Origin: Utricularia gibba
Taxonomy: Eukaryota; Plantae; Magnoliophyta
Reading direction: 5' to 3'
Length of the DNA: 64,000 nucleotides
Assembly (NCBI GenBank): GCA_002189035.1
Contig: NEEC01000025.1
Location: forward strand, 675,300-739,299
A program made the position numbers and the translations under genes. Under the pieces are notes generated by a model that ran no database searches, was not told the DNA's origin, and worked only from the letters and a program-made list of their open reading frames with translations. This document shows positions 25,945 to 38,743 of this stretch, piece after piece (position 1 is the stretch's first letter; every line of letters starts with the position of its first letter).

Positions 25945-27284
25945 TTAATGGGGTGTATCAGGGGAAGCAAAAGATGGCTTTTGAGAGTGGCCATCGTGCT
26001 CTCCTTCAATATCCTGAATTCTTTCGGGAATGTGAAACCTAGAACACCCACCAACTCCTGACGCAAACCCAATCCCTTGCACTGACGATTGATAGATGGG
26101 AAGAGCTGTTTCGGGAAGGTGGTGCTGTTGGCTGGGATCATCCGAGCCAGTGGTTACGTCTGATTGATCCATCCAAGCACGAGCTAGAGGTGGGTTATTG
26201 GACTGAAGGGGTCCCCTCTGTGGCAAAAACTGGGAATGGCCTAACAGTTGCGGCAAACTGAATAAGAAAGCTGCAGCGCCGGCCCCACTACCGGTGTCAC
26301 CACCACTGGAATTCCAGGTCAATGGCCTCTGGAGACGAGTTACTTCTGCAGCCTGTTGATGATACGCATCCCGTGTTGCGGTAACATCGAATCCCAGCGG
26401 AGTTCCACTCAGTATAATCTGAGTTTGGACATGTCCTTGCTGGCAAGCTTGTTCTGGGTGGTGAGTGGTGTTCAAATGCTGCTGAGGATGATGGTAGAAC
26501 AGCAGGGGATCTTGAAATGATTGGAGTGAAAGCCTCAAATCCTGGAAGTTACCTCTATTTCTTGAAAGTAAATCTGGAAATCGGAAGTTCTGAAATTTCG
26601 TAGAAGACGAACTAGCTTCAGCTGCAGAAGCACCCGCTGGAAAAAAAGGCTTGATTGTATCTGCAATGCCATCGATGTATACTGGAGGCAAAAAGCTCGT
26701 GCTCTGGGGGGTGGGATTAATGATGCTGCCATTGGCTCTCTGGTTGTGCAAATCTTGTTGCCCATGTTCCTCTTCAAGCATTACCGTGGGCGTTTTACTC
26801 GCAGGGGCAGAAATATTGATCATGAAATCTGAGTCATGCACACCAAGGAGCTGTTGGTGCTCCGAGTGATGCTCAGTCTCAAGCTTCATTTGAGGTTCTT
26901 CTTCATTAAACTTCATCCGAGCATCTTCTTCATTGAAACGAACATTTCGGGGAGAGCACGAAGTGGGATGCCAGGGGGAAGCTGTGCAAGCTCATCAATG
27001 GCGGCTTTGGCCTTCTTGATGAGCCAGTCGACGGCTTTGCTGGGTCGGTCATAGCCAAGGCGATCTTGAACATCATAAAATTGAATGGCTGTGTGTGCAG
27101 CCAAGCGGACGCGCCGATCTCTAGGGCCTTTGGCAGTGCAGACCTTGCTGTGGCGGTCCTTTGTTCCGGTTGCCCTCACGATGTGGCCACCTTGCACCTC
27201 CACAATCTCGCCACAGCTTGTTCTCAGACCAAACCGAGATCGTGGTGTTATCTGCTGATGGTTGTTTTCTCCCATGTTTTCCAA
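25945..27284 (-). CDS. CIN-class TCP transcription factor (TCP3/4/10-like), intronless CDS, apparent -1 frameshift at 26974-26978
   Basis: [69 protein letters not shown]; [10 protein letters not shown] and QRGPLQS in the downstream frame. Span is 1340 nt where 1341 is needed. Confidence 0.9.
26198..26217 (-). promoter_or_regulatory. miR319 target site in the TCP mRNA
   Basis: mRNA AGGGGACCCCUUCAGUCCAA, complementary to miR319 UUGGACUGAAGGGAGCUCCC, at the RGPLQS motif. Confidence 0.92.
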
Positions 27285-28673
27285 ACTTGCATATTCGGTG
27301 ATGGCAAAGGAAATGCTTTGAGTGGCAGCCCTCCTGACTTATTTCAGCAGCTCAAGTCGGCGACCCCCTTTTTTCTTACCTACATTCCTCGGTGCAGCAG
27401 GAAGAAGGCGTTTTGTTGACTAAACTGCAGATTCCTCTGACCCAACACTCTTTACGACAACAATAACCCAGTCAATCATCAATGACCCGCAAGGTTGCTG
27501 CGCTGTCCAACCCAGAAATCTTCGCCATTTTGATCTGATCTACCTTCACACACATTAACCCATCTTTTTTCCTCGAGCTAGGCTCTTCACCTACAGGTGT
27601 TTGATGAAACTGTACTGCCGCAGTACAGTGAGGAATCCGGCTGAAATATGAGTTGACAAAAAAGGAAACTTGCCCCCTCTCCCTTAAGCGACGCACGAGT
27701 CAGGAAACTCGGAGCAGAATGCTCTCTCTCATCACATTCATTTCATCCTTTATCTGGACACACAGTGGGGAGGGGAGGATTTCGAAGTTAAATGAACGAG
27801 AAAAGGAGGAGAAGAATAAAGAAGAGAATTTGGGTTGAAAGCTCCTCAGCATTCTCCGTCGTTCTCAGTCCTCCAAAGAAAGAGAAAGGCTTTGATTCCA
27901 GTGATGTGATATCAGTGTTTGGGCAGAATGGTGATTAAAGAGCTCTCCAACACAGCGACCATCAAAACATAAACATGCACCACAATTAAAACGACGTCAT
28001 TTCCTTTCAGTCTTCATTTCACTCTCAATTGGGGGGTTCTGAATCAGATTCTCTCCCTATTTCCTGCAAGTCGTCGTCTTGGCGATTTATTATATGGATA
28101 TGATACATAACAAGCGATTTATGCGCCTGCCTGCCTCTGCGTGTGGGTGTGGGTGTGGTTGCGTCCCCCCCTTTTTTTTTAGAGCTTTGTCTGCTACCGC
28201 TGTAGTGCCGTTGTCTCCCCAAAGATAATGGACCTCACTCTGATTCCCTCCGAACCTTCATTCCCTGCAGACAGGGGAAAAAATCCATAGTAAAAATGGA
28301 AACTTTTTCCCCCTTGGTAACTCAGATTCGACAAAAAATGGGATCTTTTTTTGTAACAATGAATAGGCTCGGTACCCATATTCCATTCCATTGTGCCTTG
28401 TGGACTTGGGACAAGCTTTGATTCATTCGTTTCTGAACTCTCACGAACTCCATTTCTATCTCTTTTTTTACTGTTCTTTAGAGAAACCAGAAGCGATTGA
28501 AACCTTTCATTGTAACCATCAGAAGGCTCTCTTTTTTTCGAGTTTGCCGACCTTTGATTATCATACGATTGTTTCCTTTGTGTTTTTCCTTTTTTCGTGG
28601 ACAGGTAGGATCGGATTTTTATGGGGGGTTGAAAAGCTGATACTGTCCGGACGGATTACGCGACCTCCGTCCA

Positions 28674-31600
28674 ATGCTTCGGTCTCATCTCCTCCTCAGC
28701 CTTAACCCTCTTCCACACCCATTTTCTACCCAAAAACTCTTCTCTGTCCGCCTCCAGTGCCGTGCCACTTCTTTCCTGTCGCTTCGCAGCCTTCGCTGTC
28801 CGCGGCGGTTTTCGTTTCGCGATGTGGAAGGCACTTCTGAGGATTTCGATGTGGAGCTGGGTCGGTTGCTTGAGCTTCTGCCAGAGAACATGCGGCGGAG
28901 GGTGAGCGAGCATCCGGAATGTCATGATTTGATTGAGGTCGTCATGGATTTGGGTCGACAGCCATTGGCCCGATTTCCGTCTGGCGACTTCATTTTGTCA
29001 GACCACTCGATTGCGGCAGAAGACATCCAACATGCTGCCGCCCAGGTACATTACTCTGTGTGCTGCTTCTCACGCCTGTTTTTGCTGTTTGTTCGCATTG
29101 GCCTTGCCGATTTTTTTTTTTTTTTTTTCTGGTCGGTGTTGCATACCCATGTATTCTGGTTTTTAGGCCCTCTAGATTTTGCCTCGGTAACATCCATATC
29201 GGGTGTGCTGGATGTTTTCTTTGCCACAGCGATGTTTCGCATTTAATTGAATATCTTGGTGCAGACAGGCGGTTTTGGGGTCGATAATCGTGCTGGAATC
29301 AGCAAGACCCTTCACCGCATTAGTGCTATTCGCAATCGCAAGGGTATAATTGTAGGTTTAACGTGCCGAGTTGGGCGTGCTGTTTCTGGAAGTGCAAATT
29401 TGCTGCGAGATTTGGTTAAAGATGGGGCTTCCTTGTTACTCATTGGGCCTCCAGGGGTGGGAAAGACAACAATTATCAGGTGAATTATCCTCTCATATTT
29501 GTCATCTCTTTCCCTGGTATCGTAACATCCATTTCTTTTTGTTCTTCTGCAGGGACATAGCTCGTATGCTCGCAGATGAGTATGAAAAAAGAGTGATGAT
29601 TGTTGACACTTCAAATGAGATCGGTGGTGATGGGGATGTTCCTCACCCAGGAATTGGAAATGCTAGGCGAATGCAAGTCCCGCATAATGATGTTCAACAT
29701 AAGGTATACAGAATATTCCTTAGCGAGGAGCCTTGATTATGAGATCGCCATGGTCTTCTCTTGAAAATGGAAAGATATTCATCTTTAATGTAGCATCATT
29801 TATAATGTGGAACCGCTGTTGTCTGCCTGTTCTTTTTCCTCTAATCCTCTAATCATTTCGATAATTTCCTTAGGTGCTGATAGAAGCTGTTGAAAATCAT
29901 ATGCCACAAGTGATTGTGATTGATGAAATTGGCACAAGACTTGAAGCTGCTGCTGCAACTACAATTGCACAGCGTGGAATTCAGCTAATTGCCACCGCTC
30001 ATGGATTGGCAATAGAAAATTTAGTGATGAATCCGGCCTTAGAGATGCTAGTTGGAGGTGTTCAGGTACACTGGATGAGTATAGTTGGTTTATTATTTGC
30101 TCTCGCCCTTCTACCACTGAATCTGCCAATGTACATAGGACATGAATTGATATACTAGTGCTCCTGCCCTACTTCAAATGATTTCAGTTTTTGCCTTTAA
30201 TTTGTAAGCTTCCAGTGTGTCACCTTGTGGTTACACAAGTAATATTGCTAATTTTATAACATTTTTGCAGAGTGTAACATTAGGAGATGAAGAGGCCAGT
30301 CGCAGGGGTGTTCAGAAAACGGTTTTGGAGAGAAAGGGACCGTCCACTTTTAGTTGTGGAGTGGAGATTATTACCAAGTTTGAATTACGTGTTCATCATA
30401 ATTTAGAAGCAACTGTGGATGCCATCCTCTCAGGTCATCGTATTTTTCATTATGGAAATTGTGTTGCCTACCTTTTCTTGTGTCCTTTGCCAAATTGTGA
30501 ATCCCTGATTTTTGAGCTCTTGCTTTTCGGTAGGCCGCAACCCAAGGTTTGAGCTACGTAAGCTAAACAAGGGACTTATGGATGGTTTTAACCCAAGATT
30601 TCGGCATGATTTATCTGATACGAATACGGGGATAGAGGATGTGGTTGGATTGGAAATGAATAATGAAAATGGTAGCCTCGTTTCAGTTAATCCACAAGAA
30701 GTTTCAGCAAGAAACTGCAAACTGGATGATGCTATTTCTGTGTTTCTATATGGTGTAAGTACAAAATGAAGTTTCCACTAACCTCACTGTGAATTCTTGG
30801 AACTTATTTGGGTAATTCAGATATCCGAGACGAGTGTAGTGCAAGGATTCAAACACATGAAGATTGAGGGTGTCGTTGCATTTACAGACAATATTAGTGA
30901 AGCAGATATACTATTGGCCTTGCTGCCAAAGCTGAAGAAGAACTCTCACCTTCAAGCAGCTGCAAGGACTCGTGGAATTCCTATTTATGTCAGCAAGGTT
31001 TGGTTTTAACTTGGTTGTATATTGTAAACCGCACTTTACCGATAGGCTGCAGTGGGTTCCTCGTTCTTGTTTTCATCAAATAATCTTTTTTCTTGTCTTA
31101 CATACTTCCTTCTGCAGACAAGCTCTTTTAGTCACTTGATTAAAGCAATACAAGCATTTTTGGCTGACCATGCTGATATCTTGGAAATATATGAATCTGA
31201 AGTGAAAGCAAATGAATCAGAGAAAGTGGACGCATTAGAGGTGATCGATCCCTATTTCCTATTTCTGGATGAAATTTTTGTATTCTATATGCCAGGTACT
31301 GTATCTGGGACAAGTACCTCTTTTTTTATTGTTTCTGCTTTCATAAGGGGAACAGCACCCCTAGTATGTCGTCTGTATATGCTTCTGCTCATTACTGCAC
31401 CATGCGTGAATGGGGCAAATTCCACTCATTTGTCCCTTGGTAATTTTCCTCTTTTTACTTAAGAATGTTGCCCTTGTTGCTTGAAGGAAGCGAGGATGGC
31501 AATTGAGCAGACAGTGATTCCAACAGGGGAACCTATTGATCTGCTTCCCCGCCCATCAAATATATTGTTGCTTCAAAAGGATCTAATTCGCAAATATAAT

Positions 31601-31798
31601 CTCAAATCAGAAAGGGTCGCCTCTGAATTCGGCACATGGCTCAGGGTCCTCCCTCTTAATAATTCTATGGATGAGGACAATTGTGAGACTGCAATTGAAG
31701 ACGTTGAGGATGCTTGCAAGCCACAAGAACTCGTTGGTTTAGAGGAAACAAATGGTTCTCCATTCCTTGTAAAAAGACTGCCTCTTCTTCCTGAATAG
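28674..31798 (+). CDS. ycf45-like plastid AAA+ P-loop ATPase, 9 exons
   Basis: [41 protein letters not shown], Walker [25 protein letters not shown], Walker [16 protein letters not shown]; ends [10 protein letters not shown]. Confidence 0.88.
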
Positions 31799-32487
31799 AG
31801 CAGGGTAATTATGACTTCATCCTACGAACCCATAGCCAGTGCTTTCAGCATGTTTATTGTTTGGGGCCACTAGTGAGGTGGAGAATGATTAATATTGCTG
31901 CTAACCATTCGCCACACTCCTCAGGTTGCCTTTGACGTTTGGTACATAGAATGACACAAGCTGGTCGACTCTATTGAAGCGCGTTGTATGCGAGTGTTTT
32001 TTTCTGCATGCAGCATTTTAGAAAGTGGAGAGAGGAAATGTCACATCTGGAGAAAATCAAGTCGCTTCAAGCTGAGCTTCGTCCCCTTCTAGAGCGACTG
32101 AGCCGCGCCGGAAACCAAAAAAAGCAGGGAGAAAAAACTGATAGGTACCACTGATAGCATTCTACAACTGGGGGATGTTCGCTCCAACTGTAAGCTCATG
32201 ATGGACAGACTTCAGAATTCAGCGTGGGAAGGCATCGTTTATGTTCCCATTTGGGACTATTTATTCTCTTGTATACAAGGCCATGAACTTGGTGGCTTTT
32301 TTTTCTGTTGTGTTTGCTCTGTTGTTGGGAGGCGCTGGTGCGGGTGTGCGCCGCAAGATTAGAGTGCGAATCATAGGGAGGCGGGGGTAAAAGTGAATGC
32401 AAAACACAGGATGTGCCTGAAATAAAGGATCTAGAAAAGAACCACGTCTTGTCCTACTGGCGCAAAAAGCACCATTTTACATTATTA

Positions 32488-35012
32488 TCAGATGGAGACG
32501 GCGGTAGTTTCTCCCAGCGTCGCGCGCACCCACTCGATAACGGGATCACAATCTTCTTTTGATATAAAATACCTTCAGAATACAACAACCAACCTCAGTG
32601 GAGTCGGAGAACAAAAACAACAGCATAGAAGGTTGAATGACACCAAAGTGACAAAAATATAACCTGTTTTTAGGGCGGTAAGATTTTAGCTGACGGATTT
32701 CCCTCTGATCCGCCATATCCTTCTTCATCTCCAGCCGCTCGGGTACTCTAAGTCTCCCAGTTTCACCGCTATAGTTATACGCATCGCAAATGAAGCTGCT
32801 GATCATTTCCTGTGATCAATGAAAGTTTATGAAGCTCCAGCAGAAGCATCTGGAGCTTAATGATGTTGAGGTGTCAACACTTGAAAATGCCCCCCCTATT
32901 TTTGGTTATGGTCCTCGGGTCCAGTGACTTCACCAGAACAGAAATCCACAGGCTATCATAAAATCCAGCAGACAACATACCAAGGGTTTGGAGGCATCGA
33001 TCCATTGATAAGTTGGCTCGCTCCGGAACCACGTCAACTGCCTTTTGGCGAAGTTCCTGTCAAAAGCATTCAAGGGCATAGCGAACTGTTAAATCATTCA
33101 ACCGACCACGGGGATTCAAACTGAACACTTGGCGAGGACAAGGAAGTAGAATCAAATTACCTAGATGTTTTTTGAAAGTCTCTTAGAAAACTAAAGAACT
33201 CTCTGTACAAACTGCAGCATCCTTGTTCTTTTGACATAAGTAGGAAATCCATTGCCTACAAAAAATGAAGAAAGGGGCCATGGGCTCAACTTTTCCTTCA
33301 CTGGTCACAGTGCTCCATCTCAAAAGATAAGATTATGTTCTAAGCAAGCATGCAACCGATAACATACTTGTCTGTAACCGATAGCTCGTGTTGCGGAGTT
33401 TGAGTTTGGAGACAGACCCAAATCAAGCAGCCATTTTGCTTCGGACAGAAGTCCGGCATCTACAATTAGAAAACTCAAAGTTTAGCATTTACATCTTGAA
33501 GAATGGTGACTTGACAACATCAGACAAAAACAAAGGAACGGTACACCGACATAATTCGCATCACCTAAAAGCATGTCTTCACACCGCAAGTCAATTGATC
33601 TATAGAGCTCAAGCCTTTGAGTGGTGAGAAAAAAACAAACAAATTCATACTTTAAACTGCTAGACCGGCTTTCTTGATTCTCTCCAAATGCCAAGTTGGG
33701 GCAAATAGCATCTTCTTCCCCTGACTCAAGGTTCCCCTTGAAAGCATTGTAGGGTACCTTGAATGCTGACGGAGGCATACCACTAGACTGAATTGGTACA
33801 AATATTAATTTAACACATCATTGCGTTGGTATACGGAGCTACATAAAATAATACGGCACTGATCATGGAACAGAACTGTGAGGCACACAACCAAGTAATC
33901 TTGGGGAATACAAAATGTAGCCAAATAACTATAAAATTATTGTTGAACTCACACCTTGAGAATTTCAAGTCTGCGGCGCAGTCTGTACCAATCATTGACA
34001 GCCAATGATTGAACACCAGGATCACCAGCTTCAACAAGTAATTGCACAGCAGTGTCCCAGTCTCCAATTCTTTGTAAATCAGACAGCTCCGAGTTAACTT
34101 CCAGAATTGTCTCAGAACATGATTTCGGGACATCAGGCTTCCCGTAAATGAACCTTTCACGGCAGCGAAGATTGAAAGACTTCAGCTATTGTACTTTGCA
34201 ATTCCATATAAACTCATTTAACCAAGCAACTTCTAGTGTAATGAGACAAGCCGTGGCACAAGCAAGCATACCATCTCAGGTATAGCCCTGTTCCACCGGT
34301 GATAACTGGAACACGCCCTCTACCGAGTATTTCATCCGTTACCCGTCTTGCATCCACAAAGAAATCACCAGCAGAGTACTCTGAAAACCACATTTTTTTT
34401 ATGTTTCCGTCCACCCAATGAACCGCATTAGGAAGTGACAATAAAAAAGTAGAGAAAATAAATTCGAGCACGTTATCAACCGACATTTCATGGCGATCAC
34501 CTTCAGCAGGATGCCGTATATCAATCAAATGATGCGGTATTTCCTGAAAAAAAAAACGGTGGATAAGGAAAACAAAGAGCGTCGAGCGCTAAATTCCAAC
34601 TGCTGCATATCACTAGAATTCAATTCAGAAAATGCACATATAGAACCTTTCTTTCGCTTGAAGATGGTTTTGCTGACCCGACATCCAGACCTCTGTATAC
34701 CTGGAACACAACGGAATAGCCAAAAAGAAAACAAAATGAGTACCTGAACCAACGGCGTTCCACGATTTCTGAAGGTACAAAAACCTGAACGGAGTCAGCG
34801 CTAACAATTTCTCCGTTGAGTCTTTTTGCAATTTCCAACGCAAGCCTGCTCTTTCCTGCCCCTGTGGGTCCAGATATCACCACAACCTTCTGCCGCCCAT
34901 CTTGCAGGGCCGAATAGGAGGTGGGAAAGCCTCTGCACTCGCAGGTGTATCGGCGAACCGCGTGGAACGGGGTAACCGTACGAAGTGGCGCAAATCTTAG
35001 TCCACTTATCAT
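32488..35012 (-). CDS. IPT9: tRNA dimethylallyltransferase (MiaA-type tRNA-IPT), organellar, multi-exon
   Basis: VVVISGPTGAGKS, EIVSADSVQ|VYRGLDVGSAKPS, PVITGGTGLYLRW|FIYGKPDVPK, NDWYRLRRRLEI, RAIGYRQ, RNFAKRQLTWFR; last exon ends ...TTAVSI* at 32488. Confidence 0.88.
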
Positions 35013-35967
35013 CACTGCACGTCCACATTTCAAACAAAGCTGTAAACATAGAGTTGCACCAAACCTAATACAATTCATGGGAATTATAATGATGAAAAAC
35101 CAGCACTCAAGTGAAGATGAAAAAAAAAAAAAAAATACCAGGAGCAGAGGCGGGAACTGAAAGCAGGTAGCAGTGGAGCAACCTCATCCCTAAAGTGAAG
35201 AAGATGTGCTGGGCTGGGGGCGGGAGGGACGCAAGATTCCTGGTGAGGAAGAGAATGGGCTGGCTATCAAGGACGACTGGCTAGGCCTGGGCCCAAGCTA
35301 CAATTGCGGCTGCCCCCTGCTTATTGTACAATCCAAGGACGCGAGGGCATGTGAGCGGGTCGATTCGGCGTGCAAGCAAATTGCTCACACATTTCTTTCT
35401 TACGAAATGTTTCTCTGATTAATCGTATGGCATCGTGGGCTGGCGTGACCGACTTGACTCCCTGGGCGGGATTCTCCTTTTATTGTGCGCATAATTCATT
35501 ATTATGCACCGGCACAGCACCACCTTCATTTTCATTAGGAGAGCTATCATCTACGGCCAGCCCCCTCCGTCCGTCATTAATAATATGCGATGCTGCTAAA
35601 ACAAATTGGACAGCGCTCCTTCCCTTTCTTCGCCTTCTTTTGCCAGTGGACTTTGGCTCCAAATCAACACCTCCCAAGAGGTGGCTTAATTCATTTTTTG
35701 CATCTTTGACACCAGAGCCCAGTGGCGTGCCTGTTTAGAGGAAAACATGCAAAGCCGATGTGTAAACAACCCGAGGAAAAAGAACAGCAATAATTTGTGG
35801 AGAGAAGAAAGAAGAACAGCTCTGAAAGCTGCCTCGTGACGCAGTGACTTCTGCTTCTTTATTCTTCTTCTCACCGTTCTTTCCACATTGGTCCACTCGC
35901 ATTGCCAAACGGCGGAGTTCAGGCTGTGGACAGAGAAGAGAAGATTGAAGCCGTATAGCGTGTGAGA

Positions 35968-38743
35968 ATGGCGAGTAAACCCAACCCTCGGTTGGGTTCG
36001 GACTTGAACTCACTTTCAGATTCGTTGAGAAGCAAATTAGTGCGTCAGGAAGACCAGACCCAGAATAAGCGAGATTTTAGAGAAATCCATCTGGGCTCGC
36101 CTATTTCGCCGCTTCGGACAGGACTTGGTCGTGGGCTCACTAGCACCACCACTACAACGAGTAGCAGCTCTAGTTCCTCCGGATCCTTCCCAGACCGGGT
36201 TTCAACGGGTACCAATTTGGATCTGCCAAGAAAATCTGATTCAAATCCCAACAGCCATTCCGGCGAGCTTTCGGTCGAAAGTTCGCCTTCCCCGGCCCGA
36301 GTAATCAGGCACGTCCATAGCCGCTCGGAGTCTGCAGTGTTCCGCTCGCCTATCTCCTTCGGTTCTGGCTCCGTCACGTCCCCAGCCGTCAATGTGCTTC
36401 CCGCTGGAAACATTTGCCCCTCTGGCAGGATTTTGAAATCCGGCATCACGAACAGATCAAGCAGACCCGACGTCTTGGGTTCTGGTTCGTCAAACTACGG
36501 CAACGGCAGCGTATTGCGGGATGTGTTTCACCGAAACCCAGTAAGGAATGCCGACCCCTAAGTTACTCTAAAAGGCTATTGGTTGGTGCGGATCCGGTGA
36601 AGAAAACTGCGTGTAGCAGTAACAGTGATCCGGAGGAGTTTAGAAGAATGGGTAACGAGAATCATAAAAGGGGTAACTTTGCGGAAGCTTTGACCTTCTA
36701 TGACAAGGCCATTGCTATGTCGCCCAGTAACCCTGCATATCGGTTCAACCGTTCCGCTGCTCTAATAGGTTTGAAGCGTCTTTCTGAGGCGGCGGTAGAG
36801 TGTCAAATGGCTGTTAAGTTGGATCCTGGATACGCGAGGGCCCGCCATCGTCTTGGATCTCTATTTCTTAGGTAAGCTTTGCCGGTTGGTTCGCATTTTA
36901 CAATAAAAAGGCCGAATCTTTAGTGATGTAATTATCCTTTGTTTGTTAGCTCCCTACGGCGGTAAGCTTTCGCGTGTTCTAACGTTTCGTGCTTTAGAAT
37001 ATAGTGATTCTGATCTGCTTGTTGGTTTCTCATTATCGTTGCCCCAGGCGCTTGGGGTTATAGGCAATCGTGAATTATTGGAATTCCTTTTTCTGCATTG
37101 ATATTCTCTGTTTATATACTTGCGTAGTAATTTCAAGAATTGCAGCCTGGGGCAGATTGAAAATGCCAGGAAGCACATTTTTTTTCCTGGAATACAACAG
37201 GATTCAACGCTCTTGCATAAACTTCAATCTGTGGAAAAGCATCTTAGCATGTGCGGTGATGCTCGTGGAGCTGGCGATTGGAGAAGCGCCTTGAAAGAGA
37301 TAGATGCTGCCATTGCATGCGGAGTTGAAGTCTCGCCTCAGGTCTCCAGGAGTTTATAGCGAAATTTTTTCGCCTGATGCAGTTCGTTTCTCATGATACG
37401 ACTTGTTGCTAGTGCAGTTTTGGGCATGTAGAGTTGAGGCCTTGCTGAAGCTCCATCAATTGGATGATGCTGTTTCGGCTTTTTCTAATGTGGATGTCAG
37501 TGGAACCTCTGGAAGCATGCAGTCGACAATATTTGGGATGCTTTCAGAGGCTTATATTTTCTTCGTTAAAAGCGAGATTGAGCTAGCTAGAGGAAGGTGA
37601 GTAAGAAAATAAAAGCAGTTCCTCGAGCGGGGGAGTTTTTGAAGCCTACCCATTGAATGATGAACATTTGCAGGTTTGATGATGCACTTATGGACATTGA
37701 GAAGGCTGGAAAAAGGGACCCTAATAATTCTGAAATCTCAACGATGCTCAACAATGTGAAGATAGTGACTCGAGCGCGTACTCATGGCAACGACTTATTC
37801 AAGTCAGGCAGGTTCACAGAGGCTTGTTCAGCCTATACTGAAGGTCTCCGGATGGATCCCACGAATTCGGTTCTCTACTGCAACAGAGCAGCCTGCTGGT
37901 TTATGCTTGGGCAATGGGAACGATGTGTAGATGATTGCAACCAGGCACTTCGTGTTCGACCCCATTACACCAAGGCCTTAATGCGCAGGGCAGCTGCATA
38001 TTCTAAGGTAGGTTGGTTGATGCCTTGTTTAAAATTTTGTAATGCCCAACTTCTAATCAGAACTTGGTGATTGTGGATAGCTGGAGCGATGGAAGGAGGC
38101 TGTTAGGGACTATGAGGCATTGAGAAAAGAAATGCCAAATGACAATGATATTGCCGAATCCCTGTTTCATGTGCAAGTAGCGTTGAAGAAATCCCTCGGT
38201 GAAGATGTATCAAACCTGAAATTTGGCGGGGAAGTGGAATCTGTTTCGAGTGTTGAGCAATTCCAAGCTGCTATATCATCCCCATGTAAGTATTTGTTTC
38301 ACCTCATCGTCTACCGGAGATAGTTTGGTGGGGTGGTATGGATAGACAGCTTGGTATTCGTGGTGAGTGTGTGTGCACATCTTAACTTTCGTGCAGGTGC
38401 TTCGGTGGTCCATTTCACAACAAGTTGCAATTTCGAATCCAAGCAGATGTCGCCGTTCCTGGACAAATTATGCACCAAATACCCATATGTTAACTTTCTC
38501 AAGGTAGAGGAGAACAGAGGGGTGTGTGTGTGTGTGTGTGTGCTATGTAGCCTCACCTTATTGTGGTTTTTGCTGTTATTGTTGAAGGTGGATATTGAGG
38601 AGGCGTTTGCGATTGCCCAAGCAGAGAACGTGAGGGTAGTACCAACCTTCAAGATATACAGAAAAGGGAACCGGGTGAAAGAAATGGTTTGCCCGAACCG
38701 AGAGGTGCTGGAGACGTCGGTGAGACATTATAGCAACACGTAA
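35968..38743 (+). CDS. TPR-repeat thioredoxin-like protein (TTL family), 7 exons, apparent -1 frameshift near 36555-36558
   Basis: Ser-rich N-terminus, [41 protein letters not shown], and a C-terminal thioredoxin fold ([22 protein letters not shown]) lacking WCGPC, as is known for TTLs. Confidence 0.87.
38521..38541. repeat. (GT)n microsatellite in the last TTL intron
   Basis: ggtgtgtgtgtgtgtgtgtgt read directly. Similar short SSRs occur near 4714 (CA), 16518 (CA), 39356 (TA), 40531 (CT) and 50826 (AGCT). Confidence 0.9.
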
